DNA of 64,000 nt from an uncultured Nitrososphaeraceae archaeon. Lineage in GTDB: Archaea > Thermoproteota > Nitrososphaeria > Nitrososphaerales > Nitrososphaeraceae. The translations under genes and the position numbers were made by a program. Shown here piece after piece: positions 1-9,707 of this stretch; position 1 is the first letter of the stretch, and each line of letters begins with the position of its first letter. The stretch lies in contig CAWIMJ010000005.1 in assembly GCA_963837175.1 (NCBI GenBank), positions 1 to 64,000 on the forward strand, written 5' to 3'. The notes under the pieces were generated by a model. That model was not told the origin of the DNA, did no database searches, and saw only the letters and a list, made by a program, of their open reading frames with translations.

Positions 1-234
1 GGCAAATGTATTAATAAATCCAATATGGATTAGTAAAATCAACCCAAGAAACAACAAACCCAACATAATTCTAGCAAGACTTTGATTCCTGGTATACTTC
101 TGGACTTTGATCTCTTTCATCTGAAATACTCAACAAAGAACTTGTTAACATTTTATAAAGTTATATTATCAGCTTTACATTTTCCAAGATATATTTGCCA
201 GTTTCCAATAAATTTTCATGAGCTAACAAGAAAA

Positions 235-1584
235 ATGATTGGCTGCTTTACATTCGATTTAGATAAAAAAATTTCATTCATTTTCATACTGGTTATCGCA
301 ACCATCGTTATTATTGATTCAACTATTCTTGAATTCTATTCTTTTAGTGGAGTCAGAACTTCTTCCACTGCCAATGTTTTAATTTTTATTACTTTTTCCG
401 TAATTTTTGCCTTTAGCTGTATATTATTGATAACTTCTGTAAAGACACTTCTTTCCAAATCCAAATATAAACTCCCTAAAAACTTGAGAAGTTTTTATTA
501 CATTATTTTTGGTACTCAAATCCTAACTATAGGTCTTATCTCTATAACCATATTCCAAATTATTGCCTTTAATAAATACCATATTCTGCTATTACAGATT
601 GTTACCTATGTTAGTCATGTTTCAGCATTAGTATTTGCAATTCCTTTGGTCGTCATTCTAGTCACTTGGTTCAAATTCAGAAGAAATTACATAATCCTGT
701 TGTACATTATATCATTTTCACTAGTATCCGCAAACATTTTAGTTTCTCTTATCTATTATGAAAAAATTCTTTTGCGTTCACTCAGTACTGAAGTAAGACC
801 ATATAATATGTATGCATATGTATCTGCCTTCTATTCACAGCCAGCTGATGAATCATTATCCACCGTGTATAATATAATCTTCATCGCGTCATTTTTATTC
901 ATATGGATAGCTACTATGGCTTTGCTAAACCAATACAGGTACAAACTAGGCAAAATTAGGTATTATGCTCTTACCATCATGCCATTAATTTATTTCATTT
1001 TCCCTTTTCACACTTATTTCGCCAATTTGTTGTCCCCATTTGTGCTCAGTTCACCCATCGCAGTAAGTGTGATATATACGATTCTTTTTAGTGCTTCAAA
1101 ACCAGTTGGCGCCTTTCTATTCAGCTTATCTTTCTTGATAGCTTCTACTGTAGTTCCAAAGCATAGTGTTAGAAAATCTCTATTAATTTCCTGCATTGGG
1201 ATGACTATACTTTTCAGCTCTGTTGCGATAACACCCCTGCAGTATAAGGCTTTGCCTCCTTATGGCCTTATCACAGAAGTATTTATTCCGCTAGGAGCAT
1301 TCTTGTTACTCGTTGGAATCTTCACTTCAGCTATTTCACTTTCTCAGGACTTGACCTTGCGCCAATCAATAAGAAAATCTGTTATGGAGCAATCAAAATT
1401 ATTGGATAGTATTGGCACTGCAGAAATGGAAAGGGAAATACAAACGCAGGTACTAACAATTCTAAAGAAAACATCAGCTACCATGGAAGAGGAGTCTGGA
1501 GTTGAGGCATCAATGACGGAAGGCGAAATGAAAGATTATGTAGAATTTGTGATTAAAGAGATTCGAAGTAAAAGAATCACATGA
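235..1584 (+). CDS. Polytopic membrane protein with soluble C-terminal tail, function unknown
   Basis: ORF 82..1584; the in-frame ATG at 235 is a more likely start. About 10 hydrophobic segments precede a charged tail (LRQSIRKSVMEQSKLLDSIGTAEMEREI). Confidence 0.75.
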   Translation: MIGCFTFDLDKKISFIFILVIATIVIIDSTILEFYSFSGVRTSSTANVLIFITFSVIFAFSCILLITSVKTLLSKSKYKLPKNLRSFYYIIFGTQILTIGLISITIFQIIAFNKYHILLLQIVTYVSHVSALVFAIPLVVILVTWFKFRRNYIILLYIISFSLVSANILVSLIYYEKILLRSLSTEVRPYNMYAYVSAFYSQPADESLSTVYNIIFIASFLFIWIATMALLNQYRYKLGKIRYYALTIMPLIYFIFPFHTYFANLLSPFVLSSPIAVSVIYTILFSASKPVGAFLFSLSFLIASTVVPKHSVRKSLLISCIGMTILFSSVAITPLQYKALPPYGLITEVFIPLGAFLLLVGIFTSAISLSQDLTLRQSIRKSVMEQSKLLDSIGTAEMEREIQTQVLTILKKTSATMEEESGVEASMTEGEMKDYVEFVIKEIRSKRIT

Positions 1585-1664
1585 CCGCAGATTAAATCAG
1601 GTCTAAAACTCATGTCAAATTTGATCCACAGTCGACCAGCCCCAAAACACGAAGGGTTCATCAA

Positions 1665-1895
1665 TTAAAGTGCTAGACGTTTGTTTCTTCCCTGATTATA
1701 ATAAATCTCTTCTTCTACAAGTAAAGGCTGAACCTTTTGGCACATAGTACATATCTTATTTTCATGATAGTCTGGCAATAAAGTATCTAGGATATTTCTG
1801 ATATTAGTATTATTATTGTCGTCGTCATTATTGTTATTGTTATTATTGTAATATTGCATGGTTGTGTTATTCTCTTCCTTCCTTCCTTCATTCAT
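1665..1895 (-). CDS. Small Asn-rich hypothetical protein with a CxxC pair
   Basis: 76-aa ORF with a poly-N/D tract and KICTMCQK; could be spurious. Confidence 0.3.
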   Translation of the reverse strand: MNEGRKEENNTTMQYYNNNNNNNDDDNNNTNIRNILDTLLPDYHENKICTMCQKVQPLLVEEEIYYNQGRNKRLAL

Positions 1896-1974
1896 TCCTT
1901 ACTTTTTTTCTTCCAAGTTTGATATTCTTGGCTTATGTTTATTATAATGATCTTTAATAAAAATATTAATTAGT

Positions 1975-2056
1975 TATTCTATTATCATTATCAATGCTCC
2001 AACTAGCGCTATAGCCAGAGCAAGAGCAACTCTTACATTATTGTTTCAGATTTCAT
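1975..2056 (-). pseudogene. Frameshifted copy of the signal-peptide region of the 2084..2299 gene
   Basis: ATGAAATCTGAAACAATAATG and GCTCTTGCTCTGGCTATAGCG are shared with 2248-2299. It reads MKSETIM* and then continues VALALAIALVGALI in another frame. Confidence 0.6.
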
Positions 2057-2083
2057 TTCTTTATTCATTCTCCTATCCATCTA

Positions 2084-2299
2084 TCAATTATACATAAGAC
2101 TATTACAGGTAAGAGAGGCATTGCGATTTGTCTCACCGCCTTGAAGAACAGTATCTCTACATTCCTTTTTAGTGCCAAGGAGTCCCTGTTTTGGTGCAGC
2201 ATGTACTTGTTGGTCAATCGCTGGTACAACTACTAATCCTCCTACTATCGCTATAGCCAGAGCAAGAGCGATTGTCAGCATTATTGTTTCAGATTTCAT
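2084..2299 (-). CDS. Small secreted protein (signal peptide plus ~37-aa mature part with two Cys)
   Basis: MKSETIMLTIALALAIAIVGGLVVVPAIDQQVHA|APK...; hydrophobic core and VHA cleavage-like site. Confidence 0.65.
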   Translation of the reverse strand: MKSETIMLTIALALAIAIVGGLVVVPAIDQQVHAAPKQGLLGTKKECRDTVLQGGETNRNASLTCNSLMYN

Positions 2300-2454
2300 T
2301 ATGTGTGACTCCCATGTCGGCCTTTACCATGTCCAGCAGAATGGGTATTAGGTACTCCACCTTTATCGGCTTGTACTGGCTGAAGATCAATTGCTGGTGC
2401 AACTATCAAACTAGCGGCTAATGTTATAACCAGAGCTATAGTAATATTCTTCAT
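2299..2454 (-). CDS. Small secreted His/Gly-rich peptide (51 aa, absent from the ORF track)
   Basis: Manual translation MKNITIALVITLAASLIVAPAIDLQPVQA|DKGGVPNTHSAGHGKGRHGSHT*. Its stop overlaps the next ATG (TAATG) and it shares PAIDxQ with the downstream gene. Confidence 0.6.
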   Translation of the reverse strand: MKNITIALVITLAASLIVAPAIDLQPVQADKGGVPNTHSAGHGKGRHGSHT

Positions 2455-2483
2455 ACAAATATCAGCCTAAAAAAGAGATATGT

Positions 2484-2760
2484 GGCTCTGTTAACTTAAC
2501 AGTTTTCTATATCTCTTAAGTAGATACTAGCATGTATATTGAGAAAGTTTTAGGAGATTCTAGAATAATGAAGGGAGGAAGGGATACATTACCTAAAAAA
2601 GTTAGAGAAAAACTGAGCGTAAAAGATGGAGAATTCTTGACTTATTTGTTGACCAGGAATGGATTTGTAAAAATAAAGAAATTAGAATTTGATTGGGATA
2701 TAGCAATTAAGCAGATAGAGAAGTTAAAAAGGGAAAAATTATTCTTAAGTTAACAGAGCC
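2484..2760 (+). mobile_element. Non-autonomous IS6-family mini-element (277 bp) with a passenger gene
   Basis: Perfect 16-bp terminal IRs GGCTCTGTTAACTTAA (2484-2499) and TTAAGTTAACAGAGCC (2745-2760). 8-bp direct repeat AGATATGT at 2476-2483 and 2761-2768. The IR matches the IS6 copies at 57638 and 15687. No transposase inside. Confidence 0.9.
2532..2753 (+). CDS. AbrB/MazE/SpoVT-family DNA-binding protein (passenger of the mini-element)
   Basis: SRIMKGGRDTLPKKVREKLSVKDGEFLTY fits the swapped-hairpin pattern; the stop codon lies inside the right IR. Confidence 0.75.
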   Translation: MYIEKVLGDSRIMKGGRDTLPKKVREKLSVKDGEFLTYLLTRNGFVKIKKLEFDWDIAIKQIEKLKREKLFLS

Positions 2761-3093
2761 AGATATGTAATATAAAAGTTTTTATACTGTGATTATTTTT
2801 TAGTTTGTTCATTTATTTTTATATTTATTTATTTATCTGCTTATTGAACGTTAATAATAATAATTATTATTATTATATCATTACCTGACTCCATCTGAAT
2901 ATCAGTTTTTCTCTGTCAACTGTCATTATGAGTTTGTCATTGTAAAGCATAGCATATTCCAAATTACAGGCCAAATTCTAGGATTCATAATACTTGTAGG
3001 ATCAGGCTTGTGTTATCATTAGTACTACTACCTTCTATATTTTTTCAAATTAACTGTTTTAATTAGTTAATCAATCATTCAATCAATCACTTA

Positions 3094-4701
3094 TTATTTC
3101 CTTTTATTAGATATAACTTCAATACCATCTTGGGTATATCTCAAAAGTGAAAGTCGGAATGCGTCAAAGAGATCGTATGTGAGGTTACCCTTGCTCTTAT
3201 CCAAACCTCCATTCTCTAAAGTACGAGCAACTCTAATCTGTGTAATAAGTTGCTGGTGTTTCATTGGATGAATAGCAATCAATCCATTTCCAAACAGAAA
3301 CTTCAAATGTGAAATCATTTTTGTTCCATGTCCGGAACCAAATGATACAGGGTACTATTCTTCTACTACTGTAAAGAAAAGGATCTCGCTCATAATCTAC
3401 TATCTCGTCTCCAAACCTCTGCTTAAGAGACTTTATGAAAGATACGTTAGCGGCATCCACATAGACTTTATCAATATGATAAGGACCAACAATCAAATTG
3501 TAAGCAATATCAACCATAGCTTCATGATGTGCATGTTCAAATTCTTTACTGTAAATAACTCTAGCTTTACCATCAATATACTCTGATACTACAAAAGCAA
3601 ATTTTGAAGAACCGTATCCAGCATCTATCCCTAATGTTTTAGTTGTATGAACATTACCCGTTAGTAAATGTTCCATTGACTTACCCAAAGACATAGCAGA
3701 GTCTAATTCAGAAGGTGTAACAACATTACCAATTCCATAGCCGTACTGCAGATTATACTCTCTTTGAAAGGAAGGAGATTTCATTGCTTCTGCAATCTCT
3801 TGTTGAGTGTAAACTTTCCCTAATCCTACTGTGTAAGGTAGAAACATTCTATGATAGATACAAGTCTTGTCGTCTTCTAACTCTATCTTTTCAAATAATC
3901 CTCCCGGTAGATTAGGAGTTGACACCATTGCAATGATAGGATCTGATTTACCAATGTACCTCTCTGATACAATCCTGGCATTCTCTTGCTCCCCTGGTGG
4001 GAAAAAGTCTCCCTCGTCTATCAGGATTAATTTAACATCCGTAAGTCCACGCATCGCATCTAAATGATGGCTGGGGTAGGCCTCAATAATGCAATGATTT
4101 AGTACAAGTACAGTCTCTTTAGTGTTAAATACAATCCCTGAATTTTGCGATATAATCACCTTTAATCTATCAATAAGAGTGACTGCTAAATTAACTCGAG
4201 GACCCGTAACTACACAGATTCGTTTGTATTGTAGTGCATTATCTCTAGTACAAATAAAGGCAATATATCTTAGAAAGAACTCGCTAATTCCAAGACCGGT
4301 AGATTTCTTTATCCAGATGTATTTCTTTTTCTCTTTTCTTTTCTGTCTTTCCTCTTTGCCCTCTTTGCTCTTCTTTTCTCCCTCCCCCAGTTTTTCCTTT
4401 TCTTGTTCTTCTCCTCCGCTTTTTTTTCCTTTTCTTCTTTCTCTTTCCTCCTTTCTTCTTCTTCCTCTTTCATCATTTTTTTCCCCTCTTCCTGCTCTCC
4501 TCCTTCTAATAAACGTAAGATATCCATCTCATAATCAAAGATTGCTTTCTCCGTTCCTTCATTACCCTTCTTTGGTAGACCAACTATATGATTCCAACAA
4601 CACAAATCCCCATACTTAGAATCCTCTTCTTTATGTTTGTCTTTATCTTCTATCCAGAACGGCTTACCTTTGAGTAGAGAAAGAAAGCGTTCTTCTTTCA
4701 T
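3094..4701 (-). CDS. Terminase large subunit-like ATPase-nuclease, split by two frameshifts
   Basis: The frame of ORF 3233..4159 extends upstream to YIWIKKSTGLGISEFFLRY (Walker A-like). Walker B is ILIDEGDF and the coupling motif is VSTP. RNase H-type acidic motifs are LGIDAG, VYVDAAN and DLFDAFRL (the last in ORF 3094..3318). The N-terminus is in ORF 4309..4701. Confidence 0.8.
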
Positions 4702-5000
4702 AGCATTCTCGTTATAGAGAATGGGGTTGTTCTTCTCTAGTCTTCTTCTGAAGTGCTCGTAAACCGGAATGCATCATTACCATATTATTATTATTATTAT
4801 CATTCTATCTTCTATCTCTTCTACTTCTTTTTAATGTTAACTAAATTATAATCTAAATAAATAAACTAAATCAAAAGACTTTACCATTCTTCTTATTGCT
4901 GTTGTACTATCGTTATTGTTATTATTCCTACTATTATCATTATTATCGTTATTATCATCGTCATCATCATTATTCTCATCTCCTTCTTCTTCTTTATCTT

Positions 5001-5501
5001 CTATATCAGAAGAATCTTCATTAGTAGCAGTAGTACTGGTATTATTGGTAGAATAAGTATTGTTATTATCGTCATTATCCAAACATCGTGCAGTATATCC
5101 GTAGTCTTAGTTATCTCCACATATCTATTCTTCATATTCTGAGCATAAGCAATTCCTTGCTCAATCACTTCTCCTCCAGAAGATAACTCCATCTTTGCAG
5201 AGGTTGCATCTGATATGAGACTGAGTAGTGCAATCTTAGCTTGAATAGGAGTATGTTTATCATTAACTAATTGCCAACTGCGATTAATAACCTGCGATAT
5301 ATTTTCATAGCATTCATTATAAATCAAAGGTAGTTTTTCAGAAAGGAATTGCCGCATAGAAGCCGCCGCGTCCTTACGAAGTTGTTGCATTGTTAAACAT
5401 ACAAGACTTTGATTTACGTGTAATATGCCGGATATCTGTGCTTGATTATACCCTTGGCTTGAAAGAGAGAATACCATATCTTTTCTGTAATTGGCCAACA
5501 C
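5001..5501 (-). CDS. N-terminal HTH plus helical protein; candidate terminase small subunit
   Basis: RKDMVFSLSSQGYNQAQISGILHVNQSLV is an HTH-like segment, directly upstream of TerL. It probably has low-complexity extensions (to ~5803 and to 4846) across frameshifts. Confidence 0.55.
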   Translation of the reverse strand: MLANYRKDMVFSLSSQGYNQAQISGILHVNQSLVCLTMQQLRKDAAASMRQFLSEKLPLIYNECYENISQVINRSWQLVNDKHTPIQAKIALLSLISDATSAKMELSSGGEVIEQGIAYAQNMKNRYVEITKTTDILHDVWIMTIITILILPIIPVLLLLMKILLI

Positions 5502-5988
5502 TTTTTGTTTCTTTCTAGAATGTCCTTCTCTTGGTTCTTTTAATCGGCCTGCAGTCGTGGATGGTGTTCGTTCGCCATAATGATTACGACCATAATTATT
5601 ATTATTACTATTACTATCACCATTACTACCACCACGAAATGAAAACGGTGCTGAAGAATAAATAGGATTTTCTACTTTGAAAACGTTGTTGTCTTCTTCT
5701 CCTATGCCTCCTCCTCTTAAGTCTCTTCTATCATCTAGGTTCTCTTTATTGTTATTATCGTTGCCGCTCTCCTACTACCACCAGTATTCTTATTATTACT
5801 CATAGATACGATATACGATTGTTATTAATGTGAAACTTTATTAAACTTTTTCTAAATTAAATGAATTAATATCAGAAAATATCATGACGATATCAAAAGG
5901 ATATCTAGTAACATAATAATATTAGTACTTAACTAATACTATTACTAACCAAATCCCTTCCTCCTCCTCATAAATTAACATCGCTATA

Positions 5989-7368
5989 TCACTCACTCAT
6001 CTTGTTGTTGTTATTTACATCATCAGCAGACAGCAGTAGTTTCTCTCGCTCCTTTATTATTTTTCCTTTTGCATTTCCAAAATGTACAAGATTTTTTTCA
6101 ATTCCAATGAACTTCCTTCCGAGTTTTAATGCAGCTCTCCCATTAGTACCTATGCCCATCATTGGATCAAGTATTATCTCATTTTCTAATGTAATTCTAT
6201 CGATAATCTCTTGTGCCTCTACTACCGATTGTTCCCAAGGATGCTCTTGTTTTTCAGGTGGCTTTGATTCTATAAAAGTGGGAGTGTATCCAATTGATTC
6301 TGCCAGTTTCTCTCCTTTAAAACAATAGAGCATAAATTTACATCCTGCATACATCTGTGCTTCAGGTAGAATTGCATGTTTGCCTGTCATCTTTACAGCA
6401 ATTAGACCATTATATCTAAGGCCTGCATTTCTCATACAATCCAGTATTTCATGAAGCATACCGTTTCCAAAATAAAACACCATAGGAGCACCTGGTTTTA
6501 GTACTCGAGCTGCAAGTTTGAATGCTGCATCATACAAGAACAACGAATGACGATCGTAAGGTGGATCGGTGACTATCGCACCAACTGAATTATCTGGGAT
6601 GTCTTTGCCGTATTCGATAAAATCACCATTAATTAATTTGAATCCTTCAGGTAATGGAATTGTTGCTTGCTTTTCCAATGCTTCTTTTTTAGACTGCTCA
6701 TAATTCTTCTGTCTTTTATATTCATTATACCCCTCATTGACTGTAATCTTGCCTGATTTAACTTTCTCCCATTCTTGTGGACTTTCATCGATTAATGTTT
6801 CGCCTCTGAAGAAGGTAGTAGCTGATACTCCTATATCTTTGGCAATTACTTTATCAACTCTACCTATAGGCGATAGTAGAGTTGGTGATAATGGTGATAT
6901 CGGTGATGATATAGAAGAAGAATCAGAAGAATCAGAAGATAGCTGTGTTTCATATGAAACAGAGCTATCACTACTATTTCCTTTTCCTTTACCATATAAT
7001 TTGCCTGCTAATGACTGATTTTTCTCTGCTAACTTTTGATAGAGATGCTTGAATTTATGACCAAACTCAATCTTCTGTGCATCAGTCATATGCCTTCTTT
7101 TCCCATTAATGTCTTTTATATAGAGTAATTCTAGTAAGGGATCGTCAAAGCATTTTACTTGAATCTCCGGTTCAAGCCCTAGCTCACTACATGCTCTGTA
7201 TCTATGATGACCATCAATTAAAACACCATTCTGATTGACAATGATGGGAATATACTGACCATTATTTTTGATAGATTCCTTTAATGCCTGAAATTGTTGT
7301 TCTGACAGCTTTGACACTAGATTCTCATATTCAGGATTTATTGTTATTGTTGTTATTGTTATTTCCAA
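5989..7368 (-). CDS. ParB/Srx N-terminal domain fused to an N6/N4 DNA methyltransferase
   Basis: PIIVNQNGVLIDGHHRYRAC (ParB-N), IVTDPPY (catalytic motif), HPWEQS, ILDPMMGIGT and FIGIEKN (SAM-binding motifs). Confidence 0.9.
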   Translation of the reverse strand: MEITITTITINPEYENLVSKLSEQQFQALKESIKNNGQYIPIIVNQNGVLIDGHHRYRACSELGLEPEIQVKCFDDPLLELLYIKDINGKRRHMTDAQKIEFGHKFKHLYQKLAEKNQSLAGKLYGKGKGNSSDSSVSYETQLSSDSSDSSSISSPISPLSPTLLSPIGRVDKVIAKDIGVSATTFFRGETLIDESPQEWEKVKSGKITVNEGYNEYKRQKNYEQSKKEALEKQATIPLPEGFKLINGDFIEYGKDIPDNSVGAIVTDPPYDRHSLFLYDAAFKLAARVLKPGAPMVFYFGNGMLHEILDCMRNAGLRYNGLIAVKMTGKHAILPEAQMYAGCKFMLYCFKGEKLAESIGYTPTFIESKPPEKQEHPWEQSVVEAQEIIDRITLENEIILDPMMGIGTNGRAALKLGRKFIGIEKNLVHFGNAKGKIIKEREKLLLSADDVNNNNKMSE

Positions 7369-7466
7369 TGTAGTTTCTTCCTTTTCCTCGCTTTTCCTTA
7401 CTTCCTTACTTTTTTACTTCCTCTTACCACTACTACTTTACTTCTTTGCTTGCTTGCTTTACTTCA

Positions 7467-7832
7467 TTACTTTGCATTACTAGTTACGATAATGTACTCT
7501 GTATCTGACATAGTGCTGCCTTTTCTTGTGATCTTCAAAGTAAGATTACCCTCTTCAATATTTGCCACAATACCCTTACCCCATGTTGGACTAAACTTCA
7601 TAAGTTTAAATCGTGTCCACTTCCCTTCATCTATGCGCTCAGAAGCTGTAAAGACATATTTCATAGACTTTTGCGGTGCCTCTCCTTCCTTCTCAAATAC
7701 CTCTTCTCTAAAGTCTGTCTTTGTTGGATTTATCCTTACTATCTTTGTATCCCCGTCCTTGAATCTAATCTCTGAAAACCTGCTTGCGCTATATGCTTCC
7801 TCTGCTGCTGTGACTTGTTGAAGTCTCTGCAT
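7467..7832 (-). CDS. Putative OB-fold single-stranded DNA-binding protein
   Basis: FKDGDTKIVRI near the N-terminus and LKITRKGSTMSDTEYII at the C-terminus resemble phage gp32-like SSB motifs (from recall). Confidence 0.5.
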   Translation of the reverse strand: MQRLQQVTAAEEAYSASRFSEIRFKDGDTKIVRINPTKTDFREEVFEKEGEAPQKSMKYVFTASERIDEGKWTRFKLMKFSPTWGKGIVANIEEGNLTLKITRKGSTMSDTEYIIVTSNAK

Positions 7833-8140
7833 TCCTAAATCGTCAATTACGTTAGTTGGTGGAATTGATAAAAATTCTTCTTCATATTCCTGTTGTCCTT
7901 GCTGCTGTTGTCCTTGTCCTTGTTGCCTGCTGTGACGTTGTTGTTGTACTTACTACACTATTTCCATTTGTATTTAATCTTTTTTGTTGATGTTGTACTT
8001 GATCTTTTGTTGAAATCATGTCTTTTATATTCATTTATTACTATACATATGTGGTATATAAATTTATGCTCTACACTACAGGTATAAGATAAACTACTAG
8101 ACTCAATATCTATATAGGTATGAATAATAGTCTTTAATAG

Positions 8141-8338
8141 TTGATGACAAAAAAAGTGCTTGCTCATGATATAGTAAATGTGCGCGCTGCTAGAAGCGAT
8201 AAAGACTATGTGCCGCTACTTGTTTCAATTCCTAGAACAATAGTCGAAGCTATAAACATAAAGAAAGATGATAAACTGCATATGTATACAGATGGAGAGC
8301 GAATCTATCTAGATAAAATTAAGGAACCAGAATTATAA
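8141..8338 (+). CDS. AbrB/MazE/SpoVT-family DNA-binding protein
   Basis: LLVSIPRTIVEAINIKKDDKLHMYTDGERIYL. Confidence 0.8.
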   Translation: MMTKKVLAHDIVNVRAARSDKDYVPLLVSIPRTIVEAINIKKDDKLHMYTDGERIYLDKIKEPEL

Positions 8339-8591
8339 GAATCCACATAATCTTTTGTCCTTTCTTCTTTGAGTTTTTCTTTTAAATTCCCCCAATCGTG
8401 AGGGACTAATTGACTAGTAATAGATTCTTCCTCTTTTTGGAACAGAAACTGTTCCACAATCTCTTATTTTTACTAATTGACTAGTAATAGATTCTTCTTC
8501 TGCTACAATTTTAGAGAATTTTTTCGAAAACTTTGCCTCTCTTCCCTCCTTGATATGAATCCACATAATCTTTTGTCCTTTCTTCTTTGAG
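8339..8591. repeat. Nested direct repeats (A-B-B-A) around a hairpin
   Basis: 35-bp perfect repeat GAATCCACATAATCTTTTGTCCTTTCTTCTTTGAG at 8339-8373 and 8557-8591. 26-bp perfect repeat ACTAATTGACTAGTAATAGATTCTTC at 8405-8430 and 8472-8497. Hairpin TGGAACAG-AAA-CTGTTCCA at 8438-8456. Confidence 0.9.
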
Positions 8592-8830
8592 CTCTTCGAA
8601 ATTATTGTATTTACAACCATAACTTGTACATTTTACTGGCGGCCTATTACCTTCCCAATATAGTAATTCCTCTAATGTACCGAGCTTTGGAAACTAGGTT
8701 ACATGGTATTTTACATGGTGGGTACATCTGGCACAGTAATAGGAGAATGGAGTAGAAGGAGGAGAGGAGGAGTCTAAGTATGATGAGGGTGATGGTGACG
8801 ATGACATGATGATAGTAAGTAGGGTAGTAG

Positions 8831-9376
8831 TTACCTAAACTCAGAATTTAGGTAACTGTCAATATCCTCCTCATTTGTGGGATTGAGTCCTTTACTTTGC
8901 ATTTCAGAAGTAATGAAATTATTCAAGTTCTCATAACTACTATTTTTAATACCTTTTTGTTTTGCTTCTACAATAGACATAATGTTCAAAAGTCGTTGTT
9001 CTAAGACACGCTGTTTTACACACTTATATGCCCACTCAAGAGTTACTTTACGGCCTTTACCATGTAATCTATCTACATATTCTTTAGCTAATTCATTATT
9101 ACTACCACCACTACTCTCTACCTGTTTTTTTAAGAAACTCGACCTTTCGAACAGTAGTAGTCTGTTATATCACAATCTTCTCCTGCTGCTCTGTTATAGG
9201 CCCAATCATTCCAACTTCTGCCAATGTATTTCTTTCTTAGTTTGCCTTTGTCTTTCCAATACGCGTACATATATGGCACATGAATTTTTTCATGATGCAT
9301 ATAGGCATCTACATTCTCTATTACCACATTTGACATACTCTTTTCTTATTATTGCATTCTCTGGAATGAAATCCAT
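8831..9376 (-). CDS. DUF6788-like Cys/His protein, frameshifted
   Basis: MDFIPENAIIRKEYVKCGNRECRC, then HVPYMYAYWKDKGKLRKKYIG (ORF 9130..9336), then a third frame ending at 8831. Confidence 0.55.
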
Positions 9377-9518
9377 TATTGTAATTTAAACACCTACCTT
9401 ACCTTACCTTCCTATCTACTTTCTTATCGTTGCAAGCCAGCCTGCCCTCAAATTCCTTCGCTCTATAATATCCACTATAACCTCTGCGCGCTGTTCTAAT
9501 GTATAGTATGTTGGTAAG

Positions 9519-9707
9519 TCATAATGACTTACCTACCCTTGGTGCGTCAATCAGATCTTCCTCATGTCGTTCTAACATATGCAGTGCAAGAAATGGTTTA
9601 TCGATTGCCCTGTAAGAGGAGCAAAACCCACAGGAGATATATCTCGCGAGTGGATCTTCTCGTATGTAGATTAATCTTATACTGGCTGCAACTGCACTAA
9701 TAGTCAT
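9519..9707 (-). CDS. Small C2H2-type zinc-finger protein
   Basis: CGFC-x13-HMLERH; the ATG overlaps the inferred primase stop (TAATG). Confidence 0.55.
   Translation of the reverse strand: MTISAVAASIRLIYIREDPLARYISCGFCSSYRAIDKPFLALHMLERHEEDLIDAPRVGKSL

Noticed and set aside
4122-4619. 165-aa Phe/Leu/Ser-rich plus-strand ORF that looks like a membrane protein
   Set aside because: It is the antisense shadow of the purine-rich terminase segment.
4780-5080. AAT/GAT trinucleotide-rich tracts as a functional repeat array
   Set aside because: Imperfect low-complexity Asn/Asp-coding or intergenic runs that recur throughout the window with no unit structure.
8405-8497. 26-bp repeat, 41-bp spacer, 26-bp repeat as a CRISPR mini-array
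   Set aside because: Only two units, no typical ATTGAAA(C/G)-like end, a palindromic spacer and no cas genes in the window. Kept only as an unexplained repeat.
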